A stretch of DNA of 64,000 bases from a virus. Made by a program: the position numbers and the translations under genes. The stretch lies in IMG/VR virus record IMGVR_UViG_3300036770_006434, positions 1 to 64,000 of that record; one strand, 5' to 3'. The notes under the pieces were generated by a model. That model was not told the origin of the DNA, ran no database searches, and worked only from the letters and a program-made list of their open reading frames with translations. Of the stretch, positions 43,992-51,398 are shown piece after piece (position 1 is the first letter of the stretch; every line of letters begins with the position of its first letter).

Positions 43992-44126
43992 TTAAAACAG
44001 GAACCCGCCAATGACGAGACCCGCCAGTCCAACTGCCAACACGATCTTGCCGGAATACGACTTGCCAAGAAACGCTTGGAAATGGGAGAAAGCGGCGGTA
44101 AGGAAGGATTTCAGTTTTTCGTTCAT
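43992..44126 (-). CDS. 44-aa membrane microprotein
   Basis: Not in ORF track: MNEKLKSFLTAAFSHFQAFLGKSYSGKIVLAVGLAGLVIGGFLF*. Confidence 0.55.
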   Translation of the reverse strand: MNEKLKSFLTAAFSHFQAFLGKSYSGKIVLAVGLAGLVIGGFLF

Positions 44127-44189
44127 GGTATCCTGAGTTACACAGAAATCCCATTGGTTTCAGCCACTATTAGCTGATCTAATGGTATG

Positions 44190-44798
44190 TTACACCAACA
44201 GGAATGGCCGCCAGTCAGGGTGTCTAACCTCCCGAATGGTGACGGAGGCCGGCAGAGCCGGAGGCGCGACTGGTTTGCGAATAAGGGCGAGGCCGACTTC
44301 GTGGTTTAACCTGTTACTCTTCATGGAGTTCAGCTTTTTGTCCGCTACCACCATGTTGCTCCATTCATCCTTGCCGCCTCGGTCCTTGGGAATGACATGG
44401 TCAATATTCAACTGGTGACGCGGCAGTTTACGGCCGGTATACTGACATACGGAATTATCCCGTGCAAATATGGCCCCGGCTGACAGGCGCGGCCTTTTCA
44501 TAGGCATTTCCCCGTAGTTTTTGCTCACGACCACGGTCGGCACCCTGATCATTCTGGTCGCAGTCCTGACGTGAAGGTCTCCCGCGCGGACCGGGAGTTC
44601 GATCCACTCATCCCAACCCACGGGATTCGCGTAAATCAATTCGCCGTTTTCCATCTGGATGTCCAGCGCCAAAACCGGGGGCTCGCCGCCGGACTCGGAG
44701 CACAGAGAGGTGATGGCGGATTTCACGGTTTTTACGGAAATCGGCTGCCACTTGGAGTTCAGGCAGAGGGTTAGATGGGAGTCTAGGATGTGTGACAC
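44190..44798 (-). CDS. HNH endonuclease
   Basis: LCLNSKWQPI N-terminus, IFARDNSVCQYTG, IDHVIPKDRGG..EWSNMV.....N..K.NR. Confidence 0.88.
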   Translation of the reverse strand: MSHILDSHLTLCLNSKWQPISVKTVKSAITSLCSESGGEPPVLALDIQMENGELIYANPVGWDEWIELPVRAGDLHVRTATRMIRVPTVVVSKNYGEMPMKRPRLSAGAIFARDNSVCQYTGRKLPRHQLNIDHVIPKDRGGKDEWSNMVVADKKLNSMKSNRLNHEVGLALIRKPVAPPALPASVTIREVRHPDWRPFLLV

Positions 44799-44859
44799 GG
44801 TCTATGATTTTGCGGTATTCTATGGAATCGGGGTAAGAGGTCAAGCAGAAAAGAGAATG

Positions 44860-44949
44860 CGGTGAGCTAAGGTATCGCGCCCTAGGGCCAGAGTTACTGT
44901 CCCCCACGAAGGTTCAAACTTCGGTCAATGCTTCATTGATTAACTCACC
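44860..44949 (-). tRNA. tRNA-Ser(TGA)
   Basis: Acceptor GGTGAGT/GCTCACC, G73, stem CGAAG/CTTCG, loop TT-TGA-AC, long V arm, T-loop CGCGATA; no full CCA. Confidence 0.7.
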
Positions 44950-44955
44950 ATAAAA

Positions 44956-45035
44956 TGGCGCAAGCGAGAGGGAATGATCCTCCATGTATCCAGTTACCCT
45001 TTCTGCGGTTTAGGAAACCGAGGGGATACGCCTGC
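44956..45035 (-). tRNA. aberrant tRNA-Arg(CCT)-like, D arm missing
   Basis: Acceptor GCAGGCG/CGCTTGC-G-CCA, loop TT-CCT-AA, T stem present. Confidence 0.5.
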
Positions 45036-45045
45036 GTAAGATTGT

Positions 45046-45546
45046 CTACCGATGTGCCGCGAACCAAGCATCTCTCTCCGGCGCTCGTCGCCCGGTTTCG
45101 GCGCTCACGAAGGTTTCCATCTCCCCGTCGCGCCCCATGATGGCGTCTGCATGTTTGATCATCAGCTGGTTGGGGCACACGAACGGGCCGCGCACAGAGA
45201 CGATTAACTGATAGGCATCGGCATACGATATACCATGCCAAACTAGCCAGATAAAGGCGGCGGCGCTGGAGCGGGAAACGCCGGCAAAGCAATGGAAGAG
45301 GATACGATGATTGAGCGCAGTCTGGGCGTAGATTCCCAGTAGCCGGCGCATGGTATCCTCCGTGACCGCCTGTTTATTCGCGGGGTCTCCGGTATCGTCA
45401 AATACGAAGCTGTGCAAAGCGAAGTCCCCTTTGAAAGCGCGAATATCCGGCGCGGGCTGCCGAGAGTCGCGGATAGAGATGATGTGGTCTAGGGGAGTGG
45501 CAGCGAAGGATGGGACCTCGTGGACGCCGCAGATGAAAAGGGGCAT
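45046..45546 (-). CDS. protein-tyrosine/dual-specificity phosphatase-like protein
   Basis: HIISI, FDD, ILFHCFAGVSRSSAAA (CX5R), PNQLM. Confidence 0.85.
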   Translation of the reverse strand: MPLFICGVHEVPSFAATPLDHIISIRDSRQPAPDIRAFKGDFALHSFVFDDTGDPANKQAVTEDTMRRLLGIYAQTALNHRILFHCFAGVSRSSAAAFIWLVWHGISYADAYQLIVSVRGPFVCPNQLMIKHADAIMGRDGEMETFVSAETGRRAPERDAWFAAHR

Positions 45547-45779
45547 GTTTTAAGGCTTTTTCTTGCGAAAAGGTCTCCAACCAAAACTTATACCAAAGTT
45601 GCGATATTGACGGCCAAAAATGTCATATTTGCTTCTGACAAAAGAAAATTCGGGTTTATACCAAAGAAAATATAGCCATTTTTGTCTAACCCAATCAGAA
45701 AATTGGCGTTTATATCCGGGTGGATAGACCGAAAGCCAAATTTGAATACGTGTTTTTAACGATAATTTTTTCATAAAAT

Positions 45780-45867
45780 TGGCACGAGCGGAGGGATGTG
45801 CGCCCCCGAGGCAGCTTACGCTGCGGCACGTTAGAACCGTGGTTGGCCTTCTGACGCCGACGCTCGC
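45780..45867 (-). tRNA. tRNA-Arg(TCT) with long variable arm
   Basis: Acceptor GCGAGCG/CGCTCGT-G-CCA, loop GT-TCT-AA, V arm GCAGC-GTAA-GCTGC. Confidence 0.7.
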
Positions 45868-45872
45868 AAAAA

Positions 45873-45952
45873 TGGCACGCCCGGGAGGACTCGGACCTCC
45901 GACCTTCTGATCCGTATTCAGACGCTCTGGAATCCAACTGAGCTACGGGCGC
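45873..45952 (-). tRNA. tRNA-Arg(ACG)
   Basis: Full cloverleaf, loop AT-ACG-GA, CCA. Confidence 0.9.
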
Positions 45953-45965
45953 GTAAAGTGAAAAT

Positions 45966-46023
45966 TTCCAACGAGATACCAGAGCCAACGCCGGGACGGC
46001 GCGGCTCATCATAACTGATCGGC
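45966..46023 (+). repeat. attC site 4 (58 bp, R' core GAT)
   Basis: TTCCAAC-GAGAT-ACCAGAGC-CAACGCCG-GGA-CGGCGCG-GCTCATC-ATAACT-GATCGGC. Confidence 0.8.
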
Positions 46024-46622
46024 AAAACCTCCAAACCCAAGAAGGAGAGGAGGTCTTCATGTCTACGCCGCCCGGTATGGAATACGTAAAACTGTGGATG
46101 CAGCAGAGTGCGCTATTCTGGTCTCGGCTTCAAAGTGCCACACTACTGCATACGGGGGTTCTCGCCGCGTGGTATCAAATGGGGCCGACTCACCCGCAAT
46201 TGCGTCTTGGTGTGCTATGCATGGGTGTCGCCATATCGGGGCTTCTCATAGCTATTATGGTTCGTGACGGGCAATATATGGATGCTATGAGAGATAAGGC
46301 TACCTCGGACCATTTCCCCGCGACCGGAAAGGACGCTCCGAGTGGCAGGATGTGCGGATATTTTATCGTGGCGATACCGATGTTGGCCGAGATGACGCTG
46401 GCTTTTAATCAGGTTTGCACATGTCTGAAATGATACCCCTCCATCCAGACGGTGGTCCAAAAGCTATTCGTGTCAGAAGAAGCGATCCCGCCACGAACAG
46501 CATAAGAAAAGAAAAGCAGCCGATCCAGCCGCCAGAGCCAACGCTGGGATTTGCCGTTTTCGCGACTTCACAGGCACAGGTGACGGGTTCGGCAATTTGC
46601 CCAGCGTGGCTCATCTGGGACG
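46017..46622 (+). mobile_element. integron-type gene cassette inside the tRNA cluster
   Basis: Core GATCGGC at 46017 and exact complement GCCGATC at 46519; one plus-strand ORF between them. Confidence 0.8.
46059..46433 (+). CDS. cassette-borne membrane protein (124 aa, about 3 hydrophobic segments)
   Basis: GGAGG Shine-Dalgarno upstream; opposite strand to the phage genes. Confidence 0.75.
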   Translation: MSTPPGMEYVKLWMQQSALFWSRLQSATLLHTGVLAAWYQMGPTHPQLRLGVLCMGVAISGLLIAIMVRDGQYMDAMRDKATSDHFPATGKDAPSGRMCGYFIVAIPMLAEMTLAFNQVCTCLK

Positions 46623-46628
46623 TTGTGA
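46519..46628 (+). repeat. attC site 5
   Basis: GCCGATC-CAGCC-GCCAGAGC-CA[A]CGCTGGG...CCCAGCGTG-GCTCATC-TGGGAC-GTTGTGA. Confidence 0.85.
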
Positions 46629-46711
46629 GAAAGCAGAAAAGAGCTGCGAAGATAATGGTTTTGATCATGAGAAGCAGTATGGTCAGGTTTGCCCACTTTG
46701 TCAAGCGCAAA

Positions 46712-46744
46712 TCAAAGGTGCAGCTACACATCAAAGCTGCACCT
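46712..46744 (-). terminator. rho-independent terminator candidate
   Basis: 10-bp perfect stem AGGTGCAGCT/AGCTGCACCT followed by TTTG on minus. Confidence 0.6.
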
Positions 46745-46864
46745 AAAGTCTTCGGCCGGTGTGGAGATTCTGCGCCAAAAAGAGTCTATTCCCATTTAGC
46801 TGCACACTCCGTTTGAGGCCCATTACCCTCCCCGCGTCCCGCTGCGGTCTGCTCCTGCCGAAAG

Positions 46865-46972
46865 TGGAGCCACCGACAGGGGTTAACCCTGTCTCGCAAG
46901 AACACGCGACGGTGTCTGGACGAGGATTCGAGAAACGTGAGACACAAACGAGGTGTCGGGTTTTTCAGTGGC
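46865..46972 (-). ncRNA. tRNA-Thr(CGT)-like RNA, no D arm, long structured insert
   Basis: Acceptor GCCACTG/CGGTGGC-T-CCA, hairpin GACAC-CTCGTTT-GTGTC, T stem ACAGG/CCTGT. Confidence 0.5.
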
Positions 46973-46978
46973 ATAAAG

Positions 46979-47142
46979 TGGAGCCCCTAGGTCGGATTCG
47001 GCACCGACGACCTCGCTTGTCGCGCGTCTTCATCGCAGACCCTCAATTGATGAGTCCACTAAGAGACGCACGCTTGGGTGACCAACTGAGAAGCGCGCTC
47101 TCCTGATGACCGATATTTGGTAGGTCCTGAGCTACTGGGGGC
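46979..47142 (-). ncRNA. tRNA-Thr-like RNA with expanded D loop and about 70-nt anticodon-loop insert
   Basis: GCCCCCAG-TA-GCTC...GAGC-G-CGCTT...AAGCG-AGGTC-GTCGG..CCGAC-CTAGGGGC-T-CCA. Confidence 0.55.
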
Positions 47143-47148
47143 GTAAAG

Positions 47149-47344
47149 TGGATGTCAGCTCTAGGCGTGCCCCTGATGGCCAGTTATTCCCCGACTTGGG
47201 CCATTCCGCGCGACCGGATTGGAGCCGGTTTCGGTGTTCACCTCTTCAGGTGCAGAACGATATAGTGTCGGGCAAGATGTCTACTGCACAGGGCACAAGG
47301 TTGGATTTCTCCGTCCAGTTGTAGACCCACGCATAGAGCTGACA
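47149..47344 (-). ncRNA. about 195-nt structured RNA closed by an 11-bp stem, ending TCCA
   Basis: TGTCAGCTCTA/TAGAGCTGACA plus GCGTG/CACGC; several internal hairpins; sits between tRNA genes. Confidence 0.6.
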
Positions 47345-47347
47345 AAA

Positions 47348-47423
47348 TGGAGGTCCGTGTCGGATTTTAACCGACGAATAACGCATTACAAAGGCGTTCC
47401 TGTAAACACTGAGGCAACGGACC
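47348..47423 (-). tRNA. tRNA-Thr(TGT)
   Basis: GGTCCGT/ACGGACC-T-CCA, loop TT-TGT-AA. Confidence 0.8.
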
Positions 47424-47429
47424 GAAAAC

Positions 47430-47504
47430 TGGCAGGCCCGTTCACTTGCCAGACACTTTGGAGGTGCCGGCGTCACTGTTTCGCTTCTAGTCGCACACGG
47501 GCCA
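47430..47504 (-). ncRNA. tRNA-Trp(CCA)-like RNA lacking a T arm
   Basis: GGCCCGT/ACGGGCC-TG-CCA, hairpin GGCAC-CTCCAAA-GTGTC. Confidence 0.45.
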
Positions 47505-47861
47505 AGGTGCGTGGCGATTGACAGTAATCTTACATTTAATCTTTACAATGAGACGGCTCAGGTGGTGCCTGCCTTATCAATGCAGTCCATTCCAGCTTTC
47601 ACGCTGGGCAATCCCTTGTCGGGGCCTTGTGCGTGCGTCTCAAATTGGTGGGGCCTGCCGCACCGGTAGGGTGCAACTATCGGAGGGTCCCACTCCGTGA
47701 TGCTGTTTCAGGTCGCTTATCCATTCCCTAACGATGGCCTAGCCAAAACTATACTTCGCTATCTCGGCTCTGGTTCAGGATACCCTCAATGACAGTAAAA
47801 GTGAATAAAGCGGAACTGCACGGTAAATGCGCGCTGTGTATCGTGCTTGACGTGTGTAGAA

Positions 47862-47939
47862 TGGTGCCCACGGTGTTGGTTGCAAACACACTGTGCGGAT
47901 TTTGAATCGTCGCCGCCTCTCCTCTTGGGCTACGTGGGC
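47862..47939 (-). tRNA. tRNA-Leu(CAA), short variable loop
   Basis: GCCCACG/CGTGGGC-A-CCA, loop TT-CAA-AA, T-loop TGCAACC, bulged anticodon stem. Confidence 0.7.
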
Positions 47940-47944
47940 AAAAA

Positions 47945-48018
47945 TCGCGATGAGGGTGGTTGCAACCCTACTGACAGAATGTTTAAGATTCCGGCCTCTA
48001 CTCTTGGGCTACATCGCG
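47945..48018 (-). tRNA. tRNA-Leu(TAA), short variable loop
   Basis: CGCGATG/CATCGCG-A, loop CT-TAA-AC, T-loop TGCAACC, no encoded CCA. Confidence 0.8.
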
Positions 48019-48025
48019 GAAAGAT

Positions 48026-48099
48026 TGCCCTCGGCTGTGGTTGCAACAGCACTGTTATCCTCCTAAGGGATACGTCTCCTACTCTTGGACTACGAGGGC
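48026..48099 (-). tRNA. tRNA-Leu(TAG), short variable loop
   Basis: GCCCTCG/CGAGGGC-A, loop CT-TAG-GA, T-loop TGCAACC, no encoded CCA. Confidence 0.8.
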
Positions 48100-48104
48100 G
48101 AAAT

Positions 48105-48180
48105 TGGGGGCTCAGGCGGGATTTTCACCCGCAACCTTCTCCGTATGATGGAGCCGCGCTGGACATTGCGCCACTGAGCC
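48105..48180 (-). tRNA. tRNA-Met/Ile2(CAT)
   Basis: GGCTCAG/CTGAGCC-C-CCA, loop AT-CAT-AC. Confidence 0.8.
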
Positions 48181-48198
48181 GTGAAAGGAAATTGTCCT

Positions 48199-48438
48199 TC
48201 AATTATATAGCCACACATGGTCCTTAACCTCCCGTGGCATGGGCGCGCTGTCCGGGTCCTCCACCACTGCGCCCAGAGCCCGACGGACCTTGGCTTTGCG
48301 CCCCTTAGAGAGATACTCTTTGGCCGCGCGGCTGGGTTTGTGGTGGGGTTTGCCGTCCATGCGCGCTTCTTGCACCTCTTTGGCGGTTGGCTTGTAGCGA
48401 GAGACATCGAGAGGATCGCGGCGGCGGGTGTTGCTCAT
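48199..48438 (-). CDS. basic hypothetical protein
   Basis: 79-aa ORF between tRNA genes. Confidence 0.55.
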   Translation of the reverse strand: MSNTRRRDPLDVSRYKPTAKEVQEARMDGKPHHKPSRAAKEYLSKGRKAKVRRALGAVVEDPDSAPMPREVKDHVWLYN

Positions 48439-48475
48439 AGGAGTGGGTGATAGGTTTCGGTTAGAGTATAGAGCG

Positions 48476-48751
48476 CTAAAACCTGTTTAGTGCGGCCATC
48501 ATTCTCTGGCGCCCCACCGGGTTAGCCGAATGCACGGTAACGCGCGGCGGCGCAAAACCCCTTGTGAGCACCGCTTCCTCCAACCACAGGACAACATCAT
48601 AACCGTCTCCATTACATTCGTCGCCCAGATCGTGGTCGAGGCTCAGGTCGGTAACCTCACCGGTTTGCAACAGGGCGATGGTCTGCTCTGGGGTGTAGGT
48701 TCGGGTCCAGCCGGAAGGGGTGGGGCGGAGGTCATCTAGGTAGACTTTCAT
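48476..48751 (-). CDS. cyclic-phosphate-processing receiver-like domain protein
   Basis: MKVYLDDLRPTP.GW...LSLDHDLG....GYDVVLWLEE...VHSANPVG..RM. Confidence 0.8.
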   Translation of the reverse strand: MKVYLDDLRPTPSGWTRTYTPEQTIALLQTGEVTDLSLDHDLGDECNGDGYDVVLWLEEAVLTRGFAPPRVTVHSANPVGRQRMMAALNRF

Positions 48752-48841
48752 TGAGGTGGAGTAGGTTAAAGGCTGGCCGCGCCAGTGTGTCAAGCACTGA
48801 CGGGGCCGAAAACTCACTGTGCGCGTGGAACAGGAGCTAAG

Positions 48842-48928
48842 TGGCTGGGGCGGCAGGATTTTAACCTGCAAGTCTTTTCAGACGGTAGGTTCAAAGCCTA
48901 CTGCGTTTAACGGTTCCGCCACGCCCCA
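48842..48928 (-). tRNA. tRNA-Gln(TTG) with long variable arm
   Basis: TGGGGCG/CGCCCCA-G-CCA, loop CT-TTG-AA, V arm GTCT-GAAA-AGAC. Confidence 0.85.
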
Positions 48929-48939
48929 GTGAATTTACC

Positions 48940-49156
48940 ACAAATCCCTTTAGCTCGGTTTCGCACTTGGACGCGAGACTAGACCGACTCGCCCTTACGC
49001 GCCACGGGAGGGGATCAACATAGCGGGGTTAGCCGCTGTGGTAAAGATGGCCAAGGCCCAGTCCATCAGTATTGCGCTATGCGCGAGCGGGAGTCGAACC
49101 CGTCCGCTAGGGGACTTGCACCCCGCTGCATGATGGAACGAGACCGTCTCGTCCTT
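48940..49156 (-). ncRNA. about 215-nt multi-hairpin RNA with two T-loop-like hairpins
   Basis: GGGG-TGCAAGT-CCCC, GGG-TTCGACT-CCC, CATAGCG/CGCTATG, ACGAGA/TCTCGT; no good ORF. Confidence 0.45.
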
Positions 49157-49161
49157 GAAAT

Positions 49162-49254
49162 TGGCTGCTCCGGCAGGGAACGATCCTGCAATATCCTTGT
49201 AAGGGTCTTCTGCTTAACGGGCAGTGGCTTTACGCAGTTTTAAGCTACAGAGCA
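49162..49254 (-). tRNA. tRNA-Asn(GTT) with long variable region and C33
   Basis: TGCTCTG/CGGAGCA-G-CCA, loop CC-GTT-AA, 19-nt V region. Confidence 0.75.
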
Positions 49255-49260
49255 ATGAAA

Positions 49261-49338
49261 TGGTGCGCGCTAGAGGACTCGAACCTCTGATGATGCCGAC
49301 GTGTAGGGTCGGAGCAGTCGCCGCTGTGCCAAGCGCGC
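49261..49338 (-). tRNA. tRNA-Val(TAC), C33
   Basis: GCGCGCT/AGCGCGC-A-CCA, loop CC-TAC-AC, T-loop TTCGAGT. Confidence 0.85.
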
Positions 49339-49387
49339 AAATGAGATTGATTCCGTATCAGGGAGAATCGGCTGTCGTTCTACAAAG

Positions 49388-49468
49388 TGGCGATTACGAC
49401 GGGGCTCGCACCCGCTACATAACGCACGCGTGACAGGCGTGGGCCTCGGCTTCTTCGGCTTCGTAATC
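49388..49468 (-). tRNA. tRNA-Asp(GTC)
   Basis: GATTACG/CGTAATC-G-CCA, loop CT-GTC-AC. Confidence 0.85.
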
Positions 49469-49531
49469 GTGAAAATAAACAGGCGTCCTATCCGTTATGC
49501 CAACGGCCCCAGCTTGCCGTCCCACATGTAG

Positions 49532-49579
49532 GGTGGCGCGCCTTAATGATGGACTCTGACTGGACTGAGCTAACGCGCC
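49532..49579 (-). pseudogene. internally deleted tRNA remnant (acceptor and D arm only)
   Basis: GGCGCGT-TA-GCTC...GAGT-CCATCATTAAG-GCGCGCC-ACC. Confidence 0.45.
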
Positions 49580-49847
49580 GGAAAACCAAATTTAGCGCCA
49601 ACTCAGTTTGCGCTTTCCGTTTAGCGACGTGATATACAATCGTCCGAACAATCGAACTACCCAACATTCACCTTCTCTGATGTATATCCAATTTTTTAGC
49701 CCCCGTATTACGACCGAATCTCCATCTCGAAGACAGAGCCAGTGACTGAAAAGCATAACAAGGAGGGTATCGTTTTGGGTAAGCCAACAATGGCCGCGTG
49801 GGATGGGAGTATGTATAGACATAAAATAAATGTGTATTATATTAAGA

Positions 49848-49923
49848 TGGTCAGTCCGGCTGGTATCGCGCCAGCTTAAATCCTAGTCCCAAACTAGGTG
49901 CCTCACTTTTCGGCCACGGACTG
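49848..49923 (-). tRNA. tRNA-Pro(TGG)
   Basis: CAGTCCG/CGGACTG-A-CCA, loop TT-TGG-GA, T-loop CGCGATA. Confidence 0.85.
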
Positions 49924-50046
49924 TAAAGATTGCCCACCCCGTTGCGCGCGAGGTGGGCTTCTCAAACGCCGCCCAAGGACGAGGAAACAAGATCGTCCTA
50001 CATGGGTTTGTCTCTTGATGACTGGGTGCGTTATATCGAAAGATTG

Positions 50047-50119
50047 CAAGCAGGTTGTGGTATCGCGCCACACGAGCCGCGACCTTATGAGAGTCCGGCG
50101 CACCTTGTGCTACCTGCCA
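50047..50119 (-). pseudogene. degenerate tRNA-Met/Ile2(CAT)
   Basis: Loop CT-CAT-AA, T-loop CGCGATA, imperfect acceptor, CAA instead of CCA. Confidence 0.5.
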
Positions 50120-50399
50120 TGTAAATTTAGAGGGGAGAGCAGCCCTCGGCATCCCGCGTCCGGTCCGCGCGCCGCTCTCCCCGTTATTGTCTATCTGATG
50201 TTACCGATCCTTGCGGTAGTCATTGTCGAAAATCACGACAATTCCTAGGCAAGCGAACAGGGCTACGAATGCGAGCATTGGTAAGCGCCTTTCTGTCCTT
50301 CGTCTGCGGTCCCGTGGGAGCGCGCAGGGGTTTGCTATATTCCTGATTCCGCACGCTTCAACGGGTGAAACCACCGGCCAAAGTGAGTGTGGGAGGAAA

Positions 50400-50532
50400 T
50401 GGATTTGAGCGGGCTGGGCGCTAAACCAGCTGGGCAGGCCCCACATGCATGGCGACATCGTCTAATGCTGCCGGTTCGATTCGTTCGCCACGCTTCAGGA
50501 CTGTGTGTCTGCTTTCCACACCGCCGCTCAAA
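50400..50532 (-). ncRNA. tRNA-like RNA with structured central insert
   Basis: TTTGAGCGG/CCGCTCAAA-TCCA closing stem, D-like and T-like arms, TGGCGA/TCGCCA insert stem. Confidence 0.5.
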
Positions 50533-50538
50533 TTGATC

Positions 50539-50697
50539 CCGGGTTCGTTCGGAGGTTAGAAGACCGTGTTAGCGAAGTTTTTTAACTCTTTCTGTAGCTC
50601 AAGGGACAGAGGATAGTGAGTTAAAGAACAGACTGACTGGTCGGCCGGGGTCGTAACCCGTTTTTATCGCCGACCATTTACCTACGAACGAACCCGG
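50539..50697 (-). ncRNA. about 160-nt structured RNA, 13-bp closing stem
   Basis: ccgggttcgttcg (50539-51) / cgaacgaacccgg (50685-97); internal ttaactc/gagttaa and tggtcggc/gccgacca stems. Confidence 0.55.
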
Positions 50698-50923
50698 AAA
50701 AATGTTTTGCCAACCGGGCGGATTGTAGCACTCGGGCACTAGACCCCGGGCCACCTTGAACCGCCTAGTCTATTCGGATCGCGGCCTGATCAGGACTGCC
50801 ACGGCTTCGGGCCGAAGCATCGGACCCACGGAGACTTACTAACGTTGCCAAATGGGGCGTGCCACTGTTGGCGGCACACCTTGTAGCCGGCTGTTATCCC
50901 ACCCGGCGGCGGTTGACAAAAGG

Positions 50924-51078
50924 TTTTGAGCGGTCCCTAAGTTCGGCAAGGGGTCTATGGGTAAGCCCCAGACTTCGACTCCGGTTTGCTACATCCTGCG
51001 TCTTGTGGCCACGCCACGCAGTGTCTCGCCTCTCGGTGGGAATCCTCGGCCGGTCGCTGTGAAAAGCGCCGCTCAAAA
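50924..51078 (-). ncRNA. about 155-nt structured RNA, 10-bp closing stem shared with 50400-50532
   Basis: TTTTGAGCGG/CCGCTCAAAA. Confidence 0.5.
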
Positions 51079-51132
51079 TGGTGCCCCCTTTTCTCCCTAG
51101 TAACGAGCAGCTGTTCTCGCTGGGAAGAGGGC
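51079..51132 (-). ncRNA. 54-nt acceptor-stem minihelix ending ACCA
   Basis: GCCCTCT-TCCC..CGAG..CTCG..GGGA-GAAA-AGGGGGC-A-CCA. Confidence 0.45.
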
Positions 51133-51139
51133 AAAAATA

Positions 51140-51229
51140 TGGCTAGGACGGTGGGTATCGCGCCCACATCGCGGGTTGCCCCGCTTGCCGGATTTGGAGT
51201 TCGGTGCATTTCTTGTCTGCCACGTCCTA
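51140..51229 (-). tRNA. tRNA-Trp(CCA) with long variable arm
   Basis: TAGGACG/CGTCCTA-G-CCA, loop CT-CCA-AA, V arm GCGGG-GCAA-CCCGC, T-loop CGCGATA. Confidence 0.8.
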
Positions 51230-51398
51230 ATGAAAATTGATCCCCGCAGCAAGTGTCGCCCAACGGGCTATCCTGCACCGAAGATATCCTACTTTGCAAA
51301 CCTCGGATAAATGGGAGGTTGATTTCGGGCCGTCTTACAGGGAACGGCTGGCTTTGTGTCCGGCATCGTCCTGTAAACGCGCCGTAGTTTGTCCAAGA

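Noticed and set aside
41800-44000. IS200/IS605 or IS607 insertion element
   Set aside because: No TnpA gene nearby and no recognisable element ends; the 3' flank is a repeat-spacer array.
43944-44177. 77-aa plus-strand ORF next to the effector
   Set aside because: A 44-aa minus-strand membrane ORF fits the local strand and operon layout better.
47646-47790. tmRNA (3' end GGCCCCACCA)
   Set aside because: No matching GGGGC 5' end at a suitable distance and no tag reading frame seen.
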